64,000 nt of DNA from Eledone cirrhosa (Eukaryota): assembly GCA_964016885.1 (NCBI GenBank), contig OZ024750.1, positions 47,492,001 to 47,556,000 on the forward strand, read 5' to 3'. Below are positions 11,873 to 26,573 of this stretch, one piece after another. The notes under the pieces are model-generated. The model made no database searches, had not been told where the DNA came from, and worked only from the letters and a program-made list of their open reading frames with translations. The translations under genes were made by a program, and so were the position numbers. How positions within the stretch are numbered: position 1 is the stretch's first letter; each line of letters opens with the position of its first letter.

Positions 11873-12292
11873 ATACGATATTAACAAATGGAATCTATAT
11901 TTATAAAACCATATTTATTTCATTATACATATTTCAAAGACACCGAGTCAAATTATGGTGAGCTTTCATCAAATAAAATATAATATAGACCAGTTTTATC
12001 AATAAATATTGACATACCGTTAACAAATGCAACCATTACAGTTGGAAGCTCCTGCATAGGGTATGTCAATATTTATTTATAAAACTGATCTATATTATAT
12101 TTTATCTGATGAAAGCACACCATCATTTGACTTGGTGTCCTTGAAATATGTATAATGAAATAAATATGGTTTCATAAATATAGTTTCCAATTGTTAACAT
12201 CGTATTTTTACTCCAATTATTTGTTGAGTGCTTTATATCAGTAATAAACATATTTGGTTGTTGTATCCCAACAATTTAAATAGACATTCTAC

Positions 12293-12293
<1 letters not shown>
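11873..12293. mobile_element. Family E foldback: arms 11873-12018 / 12060-12205, extension to about 12293
   Basis: Inverted arms within (TA)n; homologous to 5760-5890 and 63645-63833. Confidence 0.85.
12098..12162 (+). ncRNA. Minimal hammerhead ribozyme (family E)
   Basis: UAUUUUAU CUGAUGA AAGcACACCA..UGGUGUcCUU GAAA UAUGUA UA^AUGAAAUA. Confidence 0.8.
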
Positions 12294-12348
<55 letters not shown>

Positions 12349-12559
12349 TTCAAGAAATGACAAGACCAACACAGTAATGCAAATACACAAAGAAAGAAAT
12401 GCAAAACTAGAAGAAACACAATACAAACTACACATTGTTCAAATTTCAGGAATGTTAATTTTTTAAAGTTTTATATTGTGATAGCAGAGATATTATGGTA
12501 AGTGTAATGGCGGGGGGGGGGGTACAACATATGGTAGTAGTAGAGATAATGATAATGAC

Positions 12560-12588
12560 AGTAGTATTATTATTATTATTATTATTAT

Positions 12589-12632
<44 letters not shown>

Positions 12633-12640
12633 ATGATGAT
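12560..12640. repeat. Compound (TAT)n(TAG)n microsatellite
   Basis: Seen directly. Confidence 0.9.
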
Positions 12641-13784
12641 TATAGTGGCGGAGGTGTAATAGTTCTATCACTGCAACCACCACACCACCATCCACAGAAC
12701 AATTTACTCAATGTAGTCGTAGCAATCATAATATTTTTTAATGGATAACAAAATATATTTAAACATAAAAATAAACAAAGCTCCAAATAATCAATATACC
12801 GAATGAATGTAATAGAGGCTTATAAGAAAATATTATAAGAGCTGAACAATCCATTTGCCTTGTAATTTGTGGCTAATAAATCAGATGCGCTTTGAATAGC
12901 TTTAGTAATTGGAAGAACACAGCACCGATAACATCTTAAAGTAGTTATCTCTTGTGTTTCTCTTTCTCTTCTCTTTTTTTCAACATGTTCAATGATCAAA
13001 TTAATGGAGATTCTATACATTTCCGTGACAATCTAGAGCAATTATTTAGGGGGAATTCATACATTAAAAAATCCGGAATGTCAAAAGAGATTATACAAGG
13101 AAATAACGTTGGATCACTGAGGTTATTATTAATCAATCTGGTAAAAGAAGCAGTAGAGTGTTGTTTAATGGTTAGGGTGTTAGATTCAAGATATTAAGGT
13201 CGTGACGTTGATGGTGTGTTGCTTGCTTGTTAGAATGTTGGCTTATGGAAATACTATTGTGAGTGTGATGATCCAGTGTGTTGCTTGTTGGCTATAGTGT
13301 TCGTTTCAGAGTAATAGCGGTGTGAGTTGTATGATGGAGCAGTTTTCTTCAGTGTTTAAAGCTCGGGATAACAAGACCTTGAGTGAGATGGAGGAACCGT
13401 ATTGCTTAGTGGAAACTGTGTTAGGTTCACGATAAAGTCATGAGTTGTATATAAAATAGTTGTTGTTTTTTTGCTCAACCTTGAGCAAAATGACATATTT
13501 CATGTTGGACCAGACCATTCATATAAAACGACCGTTATGCACTGTGTCAAGCTTAATAACGTTATACCTGTATATAGCATACTCAAATAGCACACTCTCC
13601 ATCGGACCTGAAGTGGGTACAAAACACATTCGCTGCTACCAAAATAATAATGATCAAGTAACGGAGCGTGGTCTAGTCGTTAGATAGTCGGCTTAATCAT
13701 GGTCAAATTGTGAGTTCGATACAACGCTCCCAAAATTGATGGTTTTGTGTGTCACCTAGTAATTAAATAGAAATACCCGTATTT

Positions 13785-13975
13785 AAATGACAGATTAACC
13801 TCCAATACAAAAAAACCATGGACACACTAGAAGAGGAAGACCAAGGTTAACATATGTTTTGCCCTAAGGACATACACTGGTCTGTTGGAGACGCAGGTCA
13901 TGGCAGCGATAATGAGGGACAGAGACCGCTGGAGAGAACTCGTCCATGGATCTCGGCAATGTTACCCGCCTTAGA

Positions 13976-13978
<3 letters not shown>
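13785..13978 (+). mobile_element. RTE-clade LINE 3' end fragment followed by (TA)n
   Basis: HGHTRRGRPRLTYV..MRDRDRWRELVHG resembles an RTE C-terminus. Confidence 0.6.
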
Positions 13979-14066
<88 letters not shown>

Positions 14067-15840
14067 TGTAACGCATGATTATTTTAGTCTTTATAGATGG
14101 GACAACATCTGCAGACGACCTTTCATATGAGAAAGAGAGTGACATTCTTACAAAAAAGAAGATGCCTGTGATCATATCTTTCGGAGACCCAACGAAATTG
14201 TTGGAATCATTTGTATCCTAATAGTTAGCTAAGCTTTTTGGCAAAGACAGATGTACAAACGTAAGATTTGTCACTAGTGGTGGCAAGTGAAATAAGCACA
14301 TTCTTGAGTGAAATACGCCAATGACAGAATATATGCTTTTATACATATAAAAGGGGATTTTTGAATTAAGTTTAAATGGCTTTAAAATTTAAGTTTAAAT
14401 GGGTTTATCTATAGGAAAAATAGAAGATAAATTAACTATCACAGTAGGCACAAATAATATTCAAATATGCACATTTGATGGTGATTCCACCACATTTAAT
14501 AAATGTCAAAATACTTTGATTACGTATATATCGATAGGTTGTGAGATATACAGTCAATCTCTGGAAGTACATGAACTTTTAATTGAACCTCAGGTCAAAC
14601 TTTTTCTTAATTTCGATTAACTATATTATCACTGAATAAAATATATTTGCATATAAAATTGTGTGTTTTTGCCAACATATTCCTCGCATCTTTTCACTAG
14701 AGACATGACATTAAGTTCATTTACTACCCACAAAGTGAATGACATATATTTAACGTCTTTGAAAGTATTGTTATCAATTAAATTTAACGAAGTTATACAT
14801 TGATATTAATCGTGAGGTGAAACATTATGTATAATAATCAGAATAATACCTATACATGTCTGTCTTTATATTATATTGAATGTGAAACATTTCGCACGAC
14901 GCCACGTGTCTCCTTAGAACTTTTATTCAATTTACTGAATATATTTAATGGTAATCAATATAGAAGGGAATAGAAAATAAATGTCACTATTATGGAAGGA
15001 ACTAATAAACGTAATAAGTAATGTAAATTTCGCGCACAGGGATATAATAAAGTAACTATGTATGGTATATAGAGCTCTTTCGAAATAGCTAGAACAAAAA
15101 TTCCGGAAGGAAGTTCTTACGGCCATTACATTTTCATTAGCACACCTATGAATATGGATGTTTAGTAGTGGACTCAAACGTGACAAAAGACTATCCAGTA
15201 TGGTGAAATATTGTGAAGTAACGCTTTCAGATAAATCGTACAAGTAAACTATATGGGACATTTATCAGAAACAGGAGGCAGCAGAGAGGCTAATAAATAT
15301 CACAATTAGGTTTAAGTAGATTGTTTATGAGGATGATTCCTTTCCTAACTCTCTCTAAAAAAATCAATCTCCTGTCGCTGAAGTTTATGACGGAATGTAA
15401 AGTTAATAATAATAAATCAATAAAATGAGGTTGAAATGGAATTCTCTAAAACCTTGGGCTACATCGTTAAATGCTAAACTCTAAAAGCTAATTTTTCTGT
15501 TAAAATGGACATAAGCATGACAGGTGGAAGAGCCATAACGAAAAATCCTAAATGGTCGTTATTTTTGTAACCTAGAAACCTCACTTATCAGACACTATCA
15601 TTTGTTTAGGTAATCAGAAACAGTTATCAGTAGCATATATATCAGTAGCATATATGTATATATATATATATATATATAAGGGTCAGCAAGATATCGATTA
15701 AGGTTATCCAAGGAGAGGTTACGAGTAATCTGTACAGTGGAGGATTTAACGTGCGGCGTTCGTTGACTAACCAACATGTTTACTTAGTTGTGTTGTTCGG
15801 AGAGCCGATATCGGGCAGTTCCGAAGGAAGTAGTTCCCGG

Positions 15841-16053
15841 TGTATTAATAATGAATGAAGATTAACACGGATAAGCTATACAATAATGTTTTATTCCAAG
15901 CATTAACATATGTTTCACTGTCTAGTGTATAATCGATTGTATCTTAAAATCGATATCTATAATATTATTGTGAAATTCGCTTTGTACCAGGCAAATTATA
16001 AAACCATATTCTATAGCTTACCTGTGTCAATCATCATTAATTCGTTATATACA
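15841..16053. repeat. Old diverged foldback inside a TA-flanked insert
   Basis: 15841-15885 is inverted relative to 16007-16053; inner atcgat-centred symmetry. Confidence 0.6.
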
Positions 16054-16844
16054 GACATCAATTATATATATTTATATATATATATATATATATATATAGA
16101 TAGATATATTAGAATTTAGATTATGTGAAACGCACTATACATATATCGTTGGCAGAGCCCTATCATCCGAGTAGTATTTAAAACGAAACAATTTCATCAG
16201 GTGTTATTTGCAGAATTGTATAACAGGATTACGTTGAAACCAGAGAACGAATAGAAAATAGAAGATAGAAGATATAAAGAAATTGAAAATAGGAAATGGC
16301 GACAGATTCGTTTCGGGGACAGCCTGCTAATTTGGTGTTATATCGATAGTATTTGCTGATCGTCTGCTATGAACATCCCTGTATCGCTCCCATTCTATCT
16401 GAGGTTTCTTTCTATCATCGCTCGTTCAGCGGGGCAACCCACTTCTGCTTCACGTTGCTTCCATTTGCCATGGTCATTCATGTTAATCTTCAGCTCTTAT
16501 TATCTCCATCTGATTTAGATCCCATATCTCTAAAGGATTTTCCTTCGGTGTGTTACCAGTGCAGTAATATATTTGCCATCTTATTATTGTTCCAGATACA
16601 ATGGTCCGCGAGTTTAAACCTTCTCTATTTAACTGTTACTGAAACATTTGGAAAAGCATAACATTCTCTATTTGACATATATCTTTTGTATGACACATTT
16701 TGTATCACGTTTCAATCAGTACATATCTCTAAAGCAGAGTTTCTGAAACTTGTCTTGCAATCGCCACCTCAAGGGCACATAACACATTCAGCGCCACTCA
16801 CCCATATTTCCCCAGATAGTCCTCCACACGCAAATGGTAAATCA

Positions 16845-17137
16845 TTGATTCTACTTTGGCACAAGGCCAGCAATTAACCACTACATTACTGGTACCTTCA
16901 TTTATTGAACCCGTAAGGATGAAAGGCAAAGTTAACCTCGGCAAGATTTGAACTCAGATCATAATTCTTTCTACTTTTGGAACAAGGCCAGCAAATACTC
17001 AGTACATTACTAGTACTTTATTTTATCGACCCCGTAAGGATGAAAGGCAAAGTTAACCTCGGCGGGATTTGAACTCAGATCATAATGGGACGTAATTCTA
17101 TGCTTGGCGTCCAACTCTCTACTGATACTGCCTCCAT
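16845..17137 (-). mobile_element. Tandem pair of tRNA-derived SINEs (16845-16962 truncated; 16963-17137)
   Basis: B box gagttcaaatc plus ctttgcctttcatccttacgggg tail, same family as 42819. Confidence 0.85.
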
Positions 17138-18063
17138 CGTAAATGGTAAATAATATATAATAAATGGAATCGTTAATTGATATATAATAAGTATTGTACA
17201 TTTTTTTCATTTAACTACATTTATATGTAATATGTATCATTTGATAATTAATATATTATTATCTCATCTCTACCTCACTCTTGAAGCTACTCATTGCCTC
17301 CCTCTCCCAGGACGGTAGTACTCATTTTGAGAACCTCTGCTCTAAAAGAAGAACATGTGTTCTAAACATTATACACTTTGAAGCTAAAGCAAATCGACTA
17401 ACCGAATCATTTTACACAATTTCCTAAATTATATCTCTAGAGTCTCCGTTGCACTCGCTTAAAAGAAATTAACTAACACGGTTAATTACACAATTGTTGC
17501 ATGATATACAGACACCTCCGTCATTTGTTGCAGACAAGTCTCAAATAGGACTAAATTATTGAAATGATACATCAATAAAAAGTAGTTAGCTATATTTACA
17601 TCACAATCTTTCAAACAAATTCGGGCTTCATAGGCGCCAGGTTAGAAGTGTTGTGAACACTGCACTTTTCTACTAGTATAAGAGTGTACGTGTGTGTGTT
17701 TGGTCTACTAGTGTGTTTGATGTACTAGTATATAATGGAATCAAATAGAATAGAATATAATAATAAAGAGTAAACTTAAATTGGAATAATAAGAGAAAAG
17801 GAGGGAGAAATAAGAATGGAAAATATCATTATAAACTATAGATAAAATTAATGAATCATATACACAAACATTGAATTCCATAAATGTCCATTATGTCATT
17901 CTATTGTGATAGAGAGAAATGTAACTGTGGAAAACGCAGCCAATGGGACTCGTTGGTTTACTCGGTGGATTGCGCAATTAGTAGAATTATTTAAAACGAA
18001 CATGATTAATGAAGGTATTATGTAAATGCATGTCTGCGACTGTGTGTGTTTGTGTGTGTGTGA

Positions 18064-18185
<122 letters not shown>

Positions 18186-19769
18186 GGTGAGACAAAAGGG
18201 AAGAGAGAAAATGAAGAGTGAGGTGTGTGTGTGTATTTGTTCGATTATTACTTTGGAATGACACATCAAGAAAACATTTATCCTTAGTTCCATCGCAAAG
18301 CATCAAACACGCCATATTAAAATTGTTAGGTGCACTCAAATATTTGTATTTTTTCTCGTCTTCGATTTGTTTAAGTATTTAATGTTAAATATGATAAACA
18401 CCATAACTAAATGTAAATGATTAAATAACAATGATGAGTTGAGTAAGAAGGAGAAGTTAAAATGTATAAATCGTACACAAATGGTTTGTCTCACTTGGAT
18501 ATGTATTATGATAACGATGACTAATCATTGTGTGATATAGTCAGCAATAAAACAGAATTACAGCCAAAGAGGCGCCTTGCTCAATGAATTGAGTAACTAG
18601 CAAATGAATTGGATGCTTCTGAACGAAGATGTCTATATTTGGTTAAATTCTAATTTTACTTTTATTTCATATTGTTTTATATTGACACAGAGTGAGCTTG
18701 TTTAACAGAAACGTTTGTTGGGGACGTTCTTTCTCTATATTCGATTTGTCTTTTGCTATGTTCCTTGAAATAATATGTTAATATGTGAGTGTTTTTTGGT
18801 GATGTATCAATGTTAATCATGTAAAGCCATTTATTGCAGTTTATTAACACAATGGACGGGAATTGTGTATGACCAATGTTATGTAATATAACCACAAATG
18901 TAGAAAGAATATACTGTTTTATGTGCGAATGCTATTGATCCATTACTTGAAAAATGTAGCTTTTCGGTAGATATATTTGTCTATATTTCGGAGAAGTTAC
19001 TCTCCTCAAAATATGATTCTATTAAAATATGATTCTATTAAATTTGATGCTAACATTTGTAAATTCCTCTTTTCTCTGGATTAATTAGATATATCAAAAT
19101 AAATGCCACTGGGAAAATAGACAAATCAACATTTATCATTCACGTGTAATGGAAAATAGGATACTGAATTAATTTGAAGAAGAGTAATAGAAGCTGCATT
19201 GATTTGCCAGTTTAAACATAATAAAGGGGGTAGGTGTAAATTCTAAACTCGCTAACCTCAATTCTGTTATCATGCCAATCCTTATCAATGGTCATGGATC
19301 TTAGATAATTATCGAAAATATACGATCGTTAATACAACTGGCTTAAATGGGATTTCTGTAAATGTCATCTGGAATAACGTTACCCGATAGAGTGTGTAGC
19401 TCGGAAAGGAGAGAGTTGATCCAGAAAATGACACGTCTTCTTCTAATTCAGAGGTTAGCGCTCCACTACTAAGGTTATGAGGCAGGTGTGCTATGTGTAG
19501 AGTCTGAGGAGGATGGTTGGATAACATCCATTAGCTCAACTGGTCTCGCTTGTTGATCCAGACGGATCAAGTGGACAAAATTTGATTATGATATGAGATA
19601 ATACAAGATGTGAGGTATCTACTACCACGACAACCACACCGGAAATAAGTGGACGAGGAAGCTGCGGACACGTCCTGAATTTTCGCTTTTACTACAATAT
19701 CAAGCGTTAAACCAAATATATTTCTTCATTGTGGTAAGTTATCTGATGTGTTATTTCCATTTGCTGTTT

Positions 19770-19844
<75 letters not shown>

Positions 19845-20230
19845 CACACACATATACGCACACACACACATATATATATAGAGAGAGATAGATAGATACA
19901 CATATTATATATATCATCCACCTTTCTAAAACAAGAATCATACACAAAACGCAAGCACCAACAGTTTTGCAAGATATGGTAAATATGAATGCACCTGTTA
20001 TTTTTATCTAAATACATTGTTTTCCAATTCCAAACCGCCCGTCCCTTCAATCTCTATTATTTCTCATTATAACTAGCGTCCAAAACGTTAAGAACATCTT
20101 CCTGCTATATGAAGCGTTAACCTAATATATTCCTTCCATATACTGTACGGATTGTGTTGTTATATACGTTTTACATATGTATATATATATACATTAGAAG
20201 AAGTTAAAATATGGTTAAAAAAGTTCCATG

Positions 20231-20301
20231 TATTTTATTATGCGCATTTCAAAAACAATTATCATCCAGGGACGATATGTTCGTTCTCATCAGATAAAAT
20301 A
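20231..20301 (-). ncRNA. Minimal hammerhead ribozyme, left arm
   Basis: Intact CUGAUGA and GAAA, 8-bp stem I, stem III AUGCGCAU palindrome. Confidence 0.85.
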
Positions 20302-20428
20302 GCGAGACATGATACGAAGCTTAAAAAAGAGACTTGTGAGCAAGGTAGTGTCTAAACAACACATGATATGTTGTTTAGACACTATCTTGCTCACAAGTTT
20401 CTTTTTTAAGCTTCATATCCTGTCTCCC

Positions 20429-20499
20429 TATTTTATCTGATGAGAACGCAACTATCGTCCCTGGATGATATTTGTTTTTGAAATGCGCATAATAAAATA
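20429..20499 (+). ncRNA. Minimal hammerhead ribozyme, right arm
   Basis: UAUUUUAU CUGAUGA GAAcGCAAcUAUCGUCC..GGAUGAUAuUUGUuUUU GAAA UGCGCA UA^AUAAAAUA. Confidence 0.85.
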
Positions 20500-20638
20500 C
20501 ATGGATCTTTTTTAACCATATTTTAATTTCTTCTTATGTATACTGCAGTTCAATAAACTGTTGAGTGCTACTTATCCGATATTTGCATTGCTTTATTGTG
20601 CTACAATAAAACTCACCTCCTACATATATATATATATA

Positions 20639-20995
20639 TTTCGTTTCTGAATTTGTTTAGCAAGATTCTTTATCTGAAAACGTGTGTTGAAACCGATATG
20701 TTTATACTTTGGGAGGGTCATGTTGCCAATAAGAAACACACGCACCAGTTGCTTTCACTTCAATTTATTATAAATTAAATTTATAAATTTAGGAATAGTC
20801 ACTGAAGAGGTCACAGCATGTGTGACGAAAGAACTTTGACAATATATGAACAATCGTCTGGTTGTGGAACCAACCAACCAACCGGAAATTTATAAATTCC
20901 TAAATTTATAAATTTAATTTATAATAATTTGAAGGGAATGTAACGGGTACGTGTATTTCTCATTGGCAACATGACCATCCCAAAGTATAACAATA
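20639..20995. mobile_element. Family C foldback with an HHR motif at 20797-20840 (+)
   Basis: Same arm end points as 10851-11278; CUGAAGA g GUCACA..UGUGAC GAAA. Confidence 0.8.
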
Positions 20996-21016
20996 TATAT
21001 ATATATATATATATAT

Positions 21017-21272
21017 AAAAATTGATAACAACAATGAATAAAAACAAAGAAACAGTTCCTTATATTAACATTTTTTGAATTTTAGAATGTTTTAATATAA
21101 GGAACTGTTTCTTTGTTTTTATTCATTGTTTTTATTAATTTATCTTGACTCTGTTTTCCGGTGATTTTCATCGAAACAATTTTTGAATACATCTCTCTTC
21201 ATGATATTTGGATTACACTGAGTTCTTCATACGGATTGGACACAGCCGTATATTTTGGTAGATTTATCTACA
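21017..21272. mobile_element. Family H small foldback (arms about 21017-21072 / 21085-21142) plus extension
   Basis: aacaatgaataaaaacaaagaaacagttccttatatta is perfectly inverted; TA-flanked; no HHR in view. Confidence 0.7.
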
Positions 21273-21279
21273 TATATAT

Positions 21280-21341
<62 letters not shown>

Positions 21342-21544
21342 CCAAAATTAAATTAAGGGAGTCATGTCCGAGACATGCGCCATATCCACCGTAGAATAAG
21401 CTCAAAGATTCCAATGAATAGAAGCAAGCATTTTATGTCATTTTATATTCCCTGTATTTGTTTCATCTGTTTATATTAGATATATATATATATATATATG
21501 TTAATCAATTTCTAGTTGATATATATATATATAAATATATATAT

Positions 21545-22221
21545 AGGAAAGTGTTTATCGCGGACGGTAGAGCTCAGGCGGTTTCGACGGGTATTTTGGG
21601 ATTAAATTAGAATTGTTAGCGTGGTAAATAAATAGCCGAACTATTCAAGGGGTAATTACTTATATGGTAAGATTGTAGTTGTCAAAATGATTGGTGAAAC
21701 TTTCTTGTAAAGACAATTAAATATTTAATGGCGGTATGTTGGAGGTTGAGAGGATGAACACGCCTGTAGAGCAATGAGGGAGTGTGTGGAGCCGGTCAAT
21801 CGTTGAAAGTGAGCTGTCAGTTTCATCCAGAATCCTTTTTCGCCTTCTTCCTATCTAGCCTAATTTCATAACCACTTCCCTTTCAAAGCTTGACCAGCTC
21901 CACCCACACCCGAATTGTTCTACAGACAAGTTCAGCAACCCCACGACACACCCACCGCCATGAAAGATTTAATTGTGTTTACAAGAAATGTTTACCAATC
22001 CTCTTGACAACTACAATCTTCCCATATCAGGAATTACCCCTTGAAAAGTTCGGTTATTTATTACCACGCAAACAATTCAAATTTAATCCAGAAATAGCCG
22101 TCGAAAGGGCATGAGCTCTGCCGTCGGGGTTAAACATTTTCCTATTACCCATTCTACTACCCTAAGTATTGAGTACTGTGGTGCGTTATGGTCCATCTGG
22201 TTCCTCACCACACTTCCTTCG

Positions 22222-22224
<3 letters not shown>
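21545..22224. mobile_element. Family G large foldback: diverged arms 21545-21812 / 21878-22143, extension 22144-22224
   Basis: Arms can be aligned by eye; this copy defines the family G sense sequence. Confidence 0.8.
22036..22130 (+). ncRNA. Hammerhead variant with U3-A8 core and long stems II and III (family G)
   Basis: ACCCC UUGAAAA guuCGGUUAUUU..AAAUAGCCGuc GAAA gGGC augagcucu GCC GUC^GGGGU; C15.2 is mutated in this copy but intact in the sibling fragments. Confidence 0.6.
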
Positions 22225-22296
<72 letters not shown>

Positions 22297-22303
22297 TATA
22301 TAT

Positions 22304-22579
22304 AAATGAAGAATTTTCGTCAGAAAGGTACAGGAAGAAAGTGTTCTCTATGCAGGCTACATAGCTTATTAATTATGTAATAAACAACATAAGATAATTA
22401 TTTCATTTACCAGTGGTTTCTTGAAGACAGATGTGGTGTATTTTTATTGTTATTAGAATAAAAACACACCATGTTTTTTTTATTCATTCTGACGACTGAA
22501 GACAGACACAACATATGTCTTCAAGAAACCACTGGTAAATGGAATGATTATCTTATGTTGTTTATTACATATCTAAATG

Positions 22580-22580
<1 letters not shown>
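22304..22580. mobile_element. Family A (subfamily 2) two-armed insert with HHR at 22483-22543 (+)
   Basis: UUCAUU CUGACGA cUGAAGACA..UGUCUUCAa GAAA CC ACU GG UA^AAUGGA. Confidence 0.8.
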
Positions 22581-22620
<40 letters not shown>

Positions 22621-22658
22621 ATATATATACATATAAATATATGTATATATATATATAT

Positions 22659-22929
22659 AAATGAAGAATTTTCGTCAGAAAGGTACAGGAAGAAAGTGTT
22701 CTCTATGCAGGCTACATAGCTTATTAATTATGTAATAAACAACATAAGATAATTATTTCATTTACCAGTGGTTTCTTGAAGACAGATGTGGTGTATTTTT
22801 ATTGTTATTAGAATAAAAACACACCATGTTTTTTATTCATTCTGACGACTGAAAACAGACACAACATATGTCTTCAAGAAACCACTGGTAAATGGAATAA
22901 TTATCTTATGTTGTTTATTACATATCTAA

Positions 22930-22933
<4 letters not shown>
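22659..22933. mobile_element. Near-identical tandem duplicate of 22304-22580, HHR at 22836-22896 (+)
   Basis: Direct comparison shows only a few differences. Confidence 0.85.
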
Positions 22934-23026
<93 letters not shown>

Positions 23027-23606
23027 TATATATATACATATATGTGTGTGTGTATGTACGTATGTATATAAATACGGTTTTATCAGCTTCCCTGCCTAAT
23101 AAAATAATCAGCCAGCATTGTTTGGAAAGTATAGATCTCAGTTCGCATTAACACAAATGACCACTAATAGCAAAGCTACATACTTAGCATTATCTAATTA
23201 CTATAGTCTTTCTATCAAACTATGACCCCCAGTTGCAGTAAGCATGAATTATATTTGAGGTATTTATAAGATAAGGCTATTAACGTTATTTATAGAACTA
23301 AAATATAGTCTATAAACGTTAGTCGGTAAAGGTCAGGCTTTAGATGAGAGAAAGTAGAGGGAAAGCTAAATATCATAAAGAGAGAGAAAACGCTATTTTC
23401 ATTAAGTTTTATTCAGGTCTTTTCCTCGTTTGCATAAGGCAGAGAAGATCAATTTAATACTTTTTTCCGTGTAATTTCGTCTAATATGAATACTCATAAG
23501 ACAACAATAAATCTATCAATCTATATTTAGTGATGGATGATAAAAAGATAATAGTATGTCTATACGTGGTGTACATAAATTATTTCTCCTAATTACACAG
23601 GCATTA

Positions 23607-23945
<339 letters not shown>

Positions 23946-25109
23946 TCAGACATATACGTTTCGTGAAACGTATATTAGTATGTTAAAACTAGGATGTAGA
24001 GCTCTATATGAATATTTCTAGTTTTGGTGCATGTGTACGAATCTTCTTAAGTGCAAAATCGATTAGATTGAATCAGTTTTATCTAAAGCATAAAGAAAAG
24101 ACATTTTCTACTTTAAACAAAACTGTATGAAGTAAAATAACATGTTTTAAATAGTATCTAAACAAATGCGTCTATTTTATTTGTGTGGCTTCTTATTCAG
24201 AGCTAGCAGAATGGTGAATGTGTTACGCCAGTGGTTGGAAGCGGAGATAGGCTAAACATACTTTACAACTAACAGGCATCCTTCTTGTGAAAGTTCCCAT
24301 CTCTATTCCGATCTTAGACAAAGAGGAATGTTTTCTAAGAATGTAAATTGTAATACATAAAGCAAGATGATTATTATCTCTTCTCTATGTCTAAAATAAT
24401 CAAAATTTGTGATGAATTGCTTATTAAATCCCTTAACATGTATTTATGCCCTTTACAATATATACAGGTGCAAATGTAATGCATTATCAAGGAGCATGGC
24501 GGTATTTAGATACCTATATGTTCTAAGTTCAGATCTTGAGGATATCATCTGTACATTCACCCTTACATTATAATTAATATAACCAATAGCTGAATAGTTG
24601 AGATGATGCAGCCGACTATATCCACACTCAACCAACCTAGTATGTAACCTTATTCTATGTTGTAAAACAATTGGAAGTTTATTGGTTTAATTTAGAGAAC
24701 GTTCAACAAAATTGTCCTCTACTTTTAAGTACCATCAGTACCTGCTTCCTTTCACAGCTTTCTAGGTTCGATGGAATAGTTACGGCCTTAGTGCTATGCA
24801 TCTTTCTTGGGAGATATAAACATCCCATAATGTCGAGATCTTATGAGAATGCTTGAGAGTTCCTCACAGTTGCTGGCCACATTCAACAGACATTTCAAAA
24901 CCATCAAATGACTGAACATCATGGATGCGAAATTGTGGCAACGTATATTATCCTGTAATGAAAGACATAGCAATAAGAATATACTTCATATTAAAGTTGA
25001 ATCACGCAGATTTTGACGTTAACAAAAATATTGATGTCCTTAATAATCATATAAACACAGTCGATCGACAAGATCCCAGAATTCATACACTTAGCGAGTG
25101 GGATGGAGG

Positions 25110-25247
25110 TCGTCAAATTGGACTGAGGAATCAATGTGAAATAAAGTGTCTTTCTCAAGAGCGAAACGCGTAGCATAATCCGGGAATCGAAATCACCACC
25201 TCACGATTGAAAATCCAATTCGCTAACCACTCAGCCACGCGTCTCCA
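25110..25247 (-). mobile_element. tRNA-derived SINE head
   Basis: Minus strand has A box tggctgagtggttag and B box atttcgattccc, then cttgagaaagacactttatttcac. Confidence 0.65.
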
Positions 25248-25277
25248 CACATACATATATACAAACAAACACACGCA

Positions 25278-25341
<64 letters not shown>

Positions 25342-25621
25342 AGTGTGTGGGTGTGTGTATGTGTGTGTGTATGTATAACCTAATGTACGGCTATACTAAC
25401 AATACAGCGGATAATGAGCCAAATTGTTGCCATATTGGGTCTTTTTAAAATCTATTGACATTAATGATAACTTATGAAGGTTTTGACCTCGGTGTCAAGA
25501 TTTTAGTTTCCATTTCTATACAAATAACTGTTTTCACATCTAATCGACACATCCAACCACAGACGCACACACATGCGCGCACATAGCAGTGTCGTTATGA
25601 TTGTACACAAGGATTCAGATT

Positions 25622-26573
<952 letters not shown>

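Larger units (their letters stand above)
20188..20623. mobile_element. E-related foldback: arms 20188-20361 / 20369-20542, extension to 20623
   Basis: Long inverted repeat with a short loop, TA-flanked. Confidence 0.9.

Noticed and set aside
12952-13197. 81-aa ORF after a pyrimidine tract as a host exon
   Set aside because: No AG acceptor at the tract, no recognisable homology, and it runs into a SINE head
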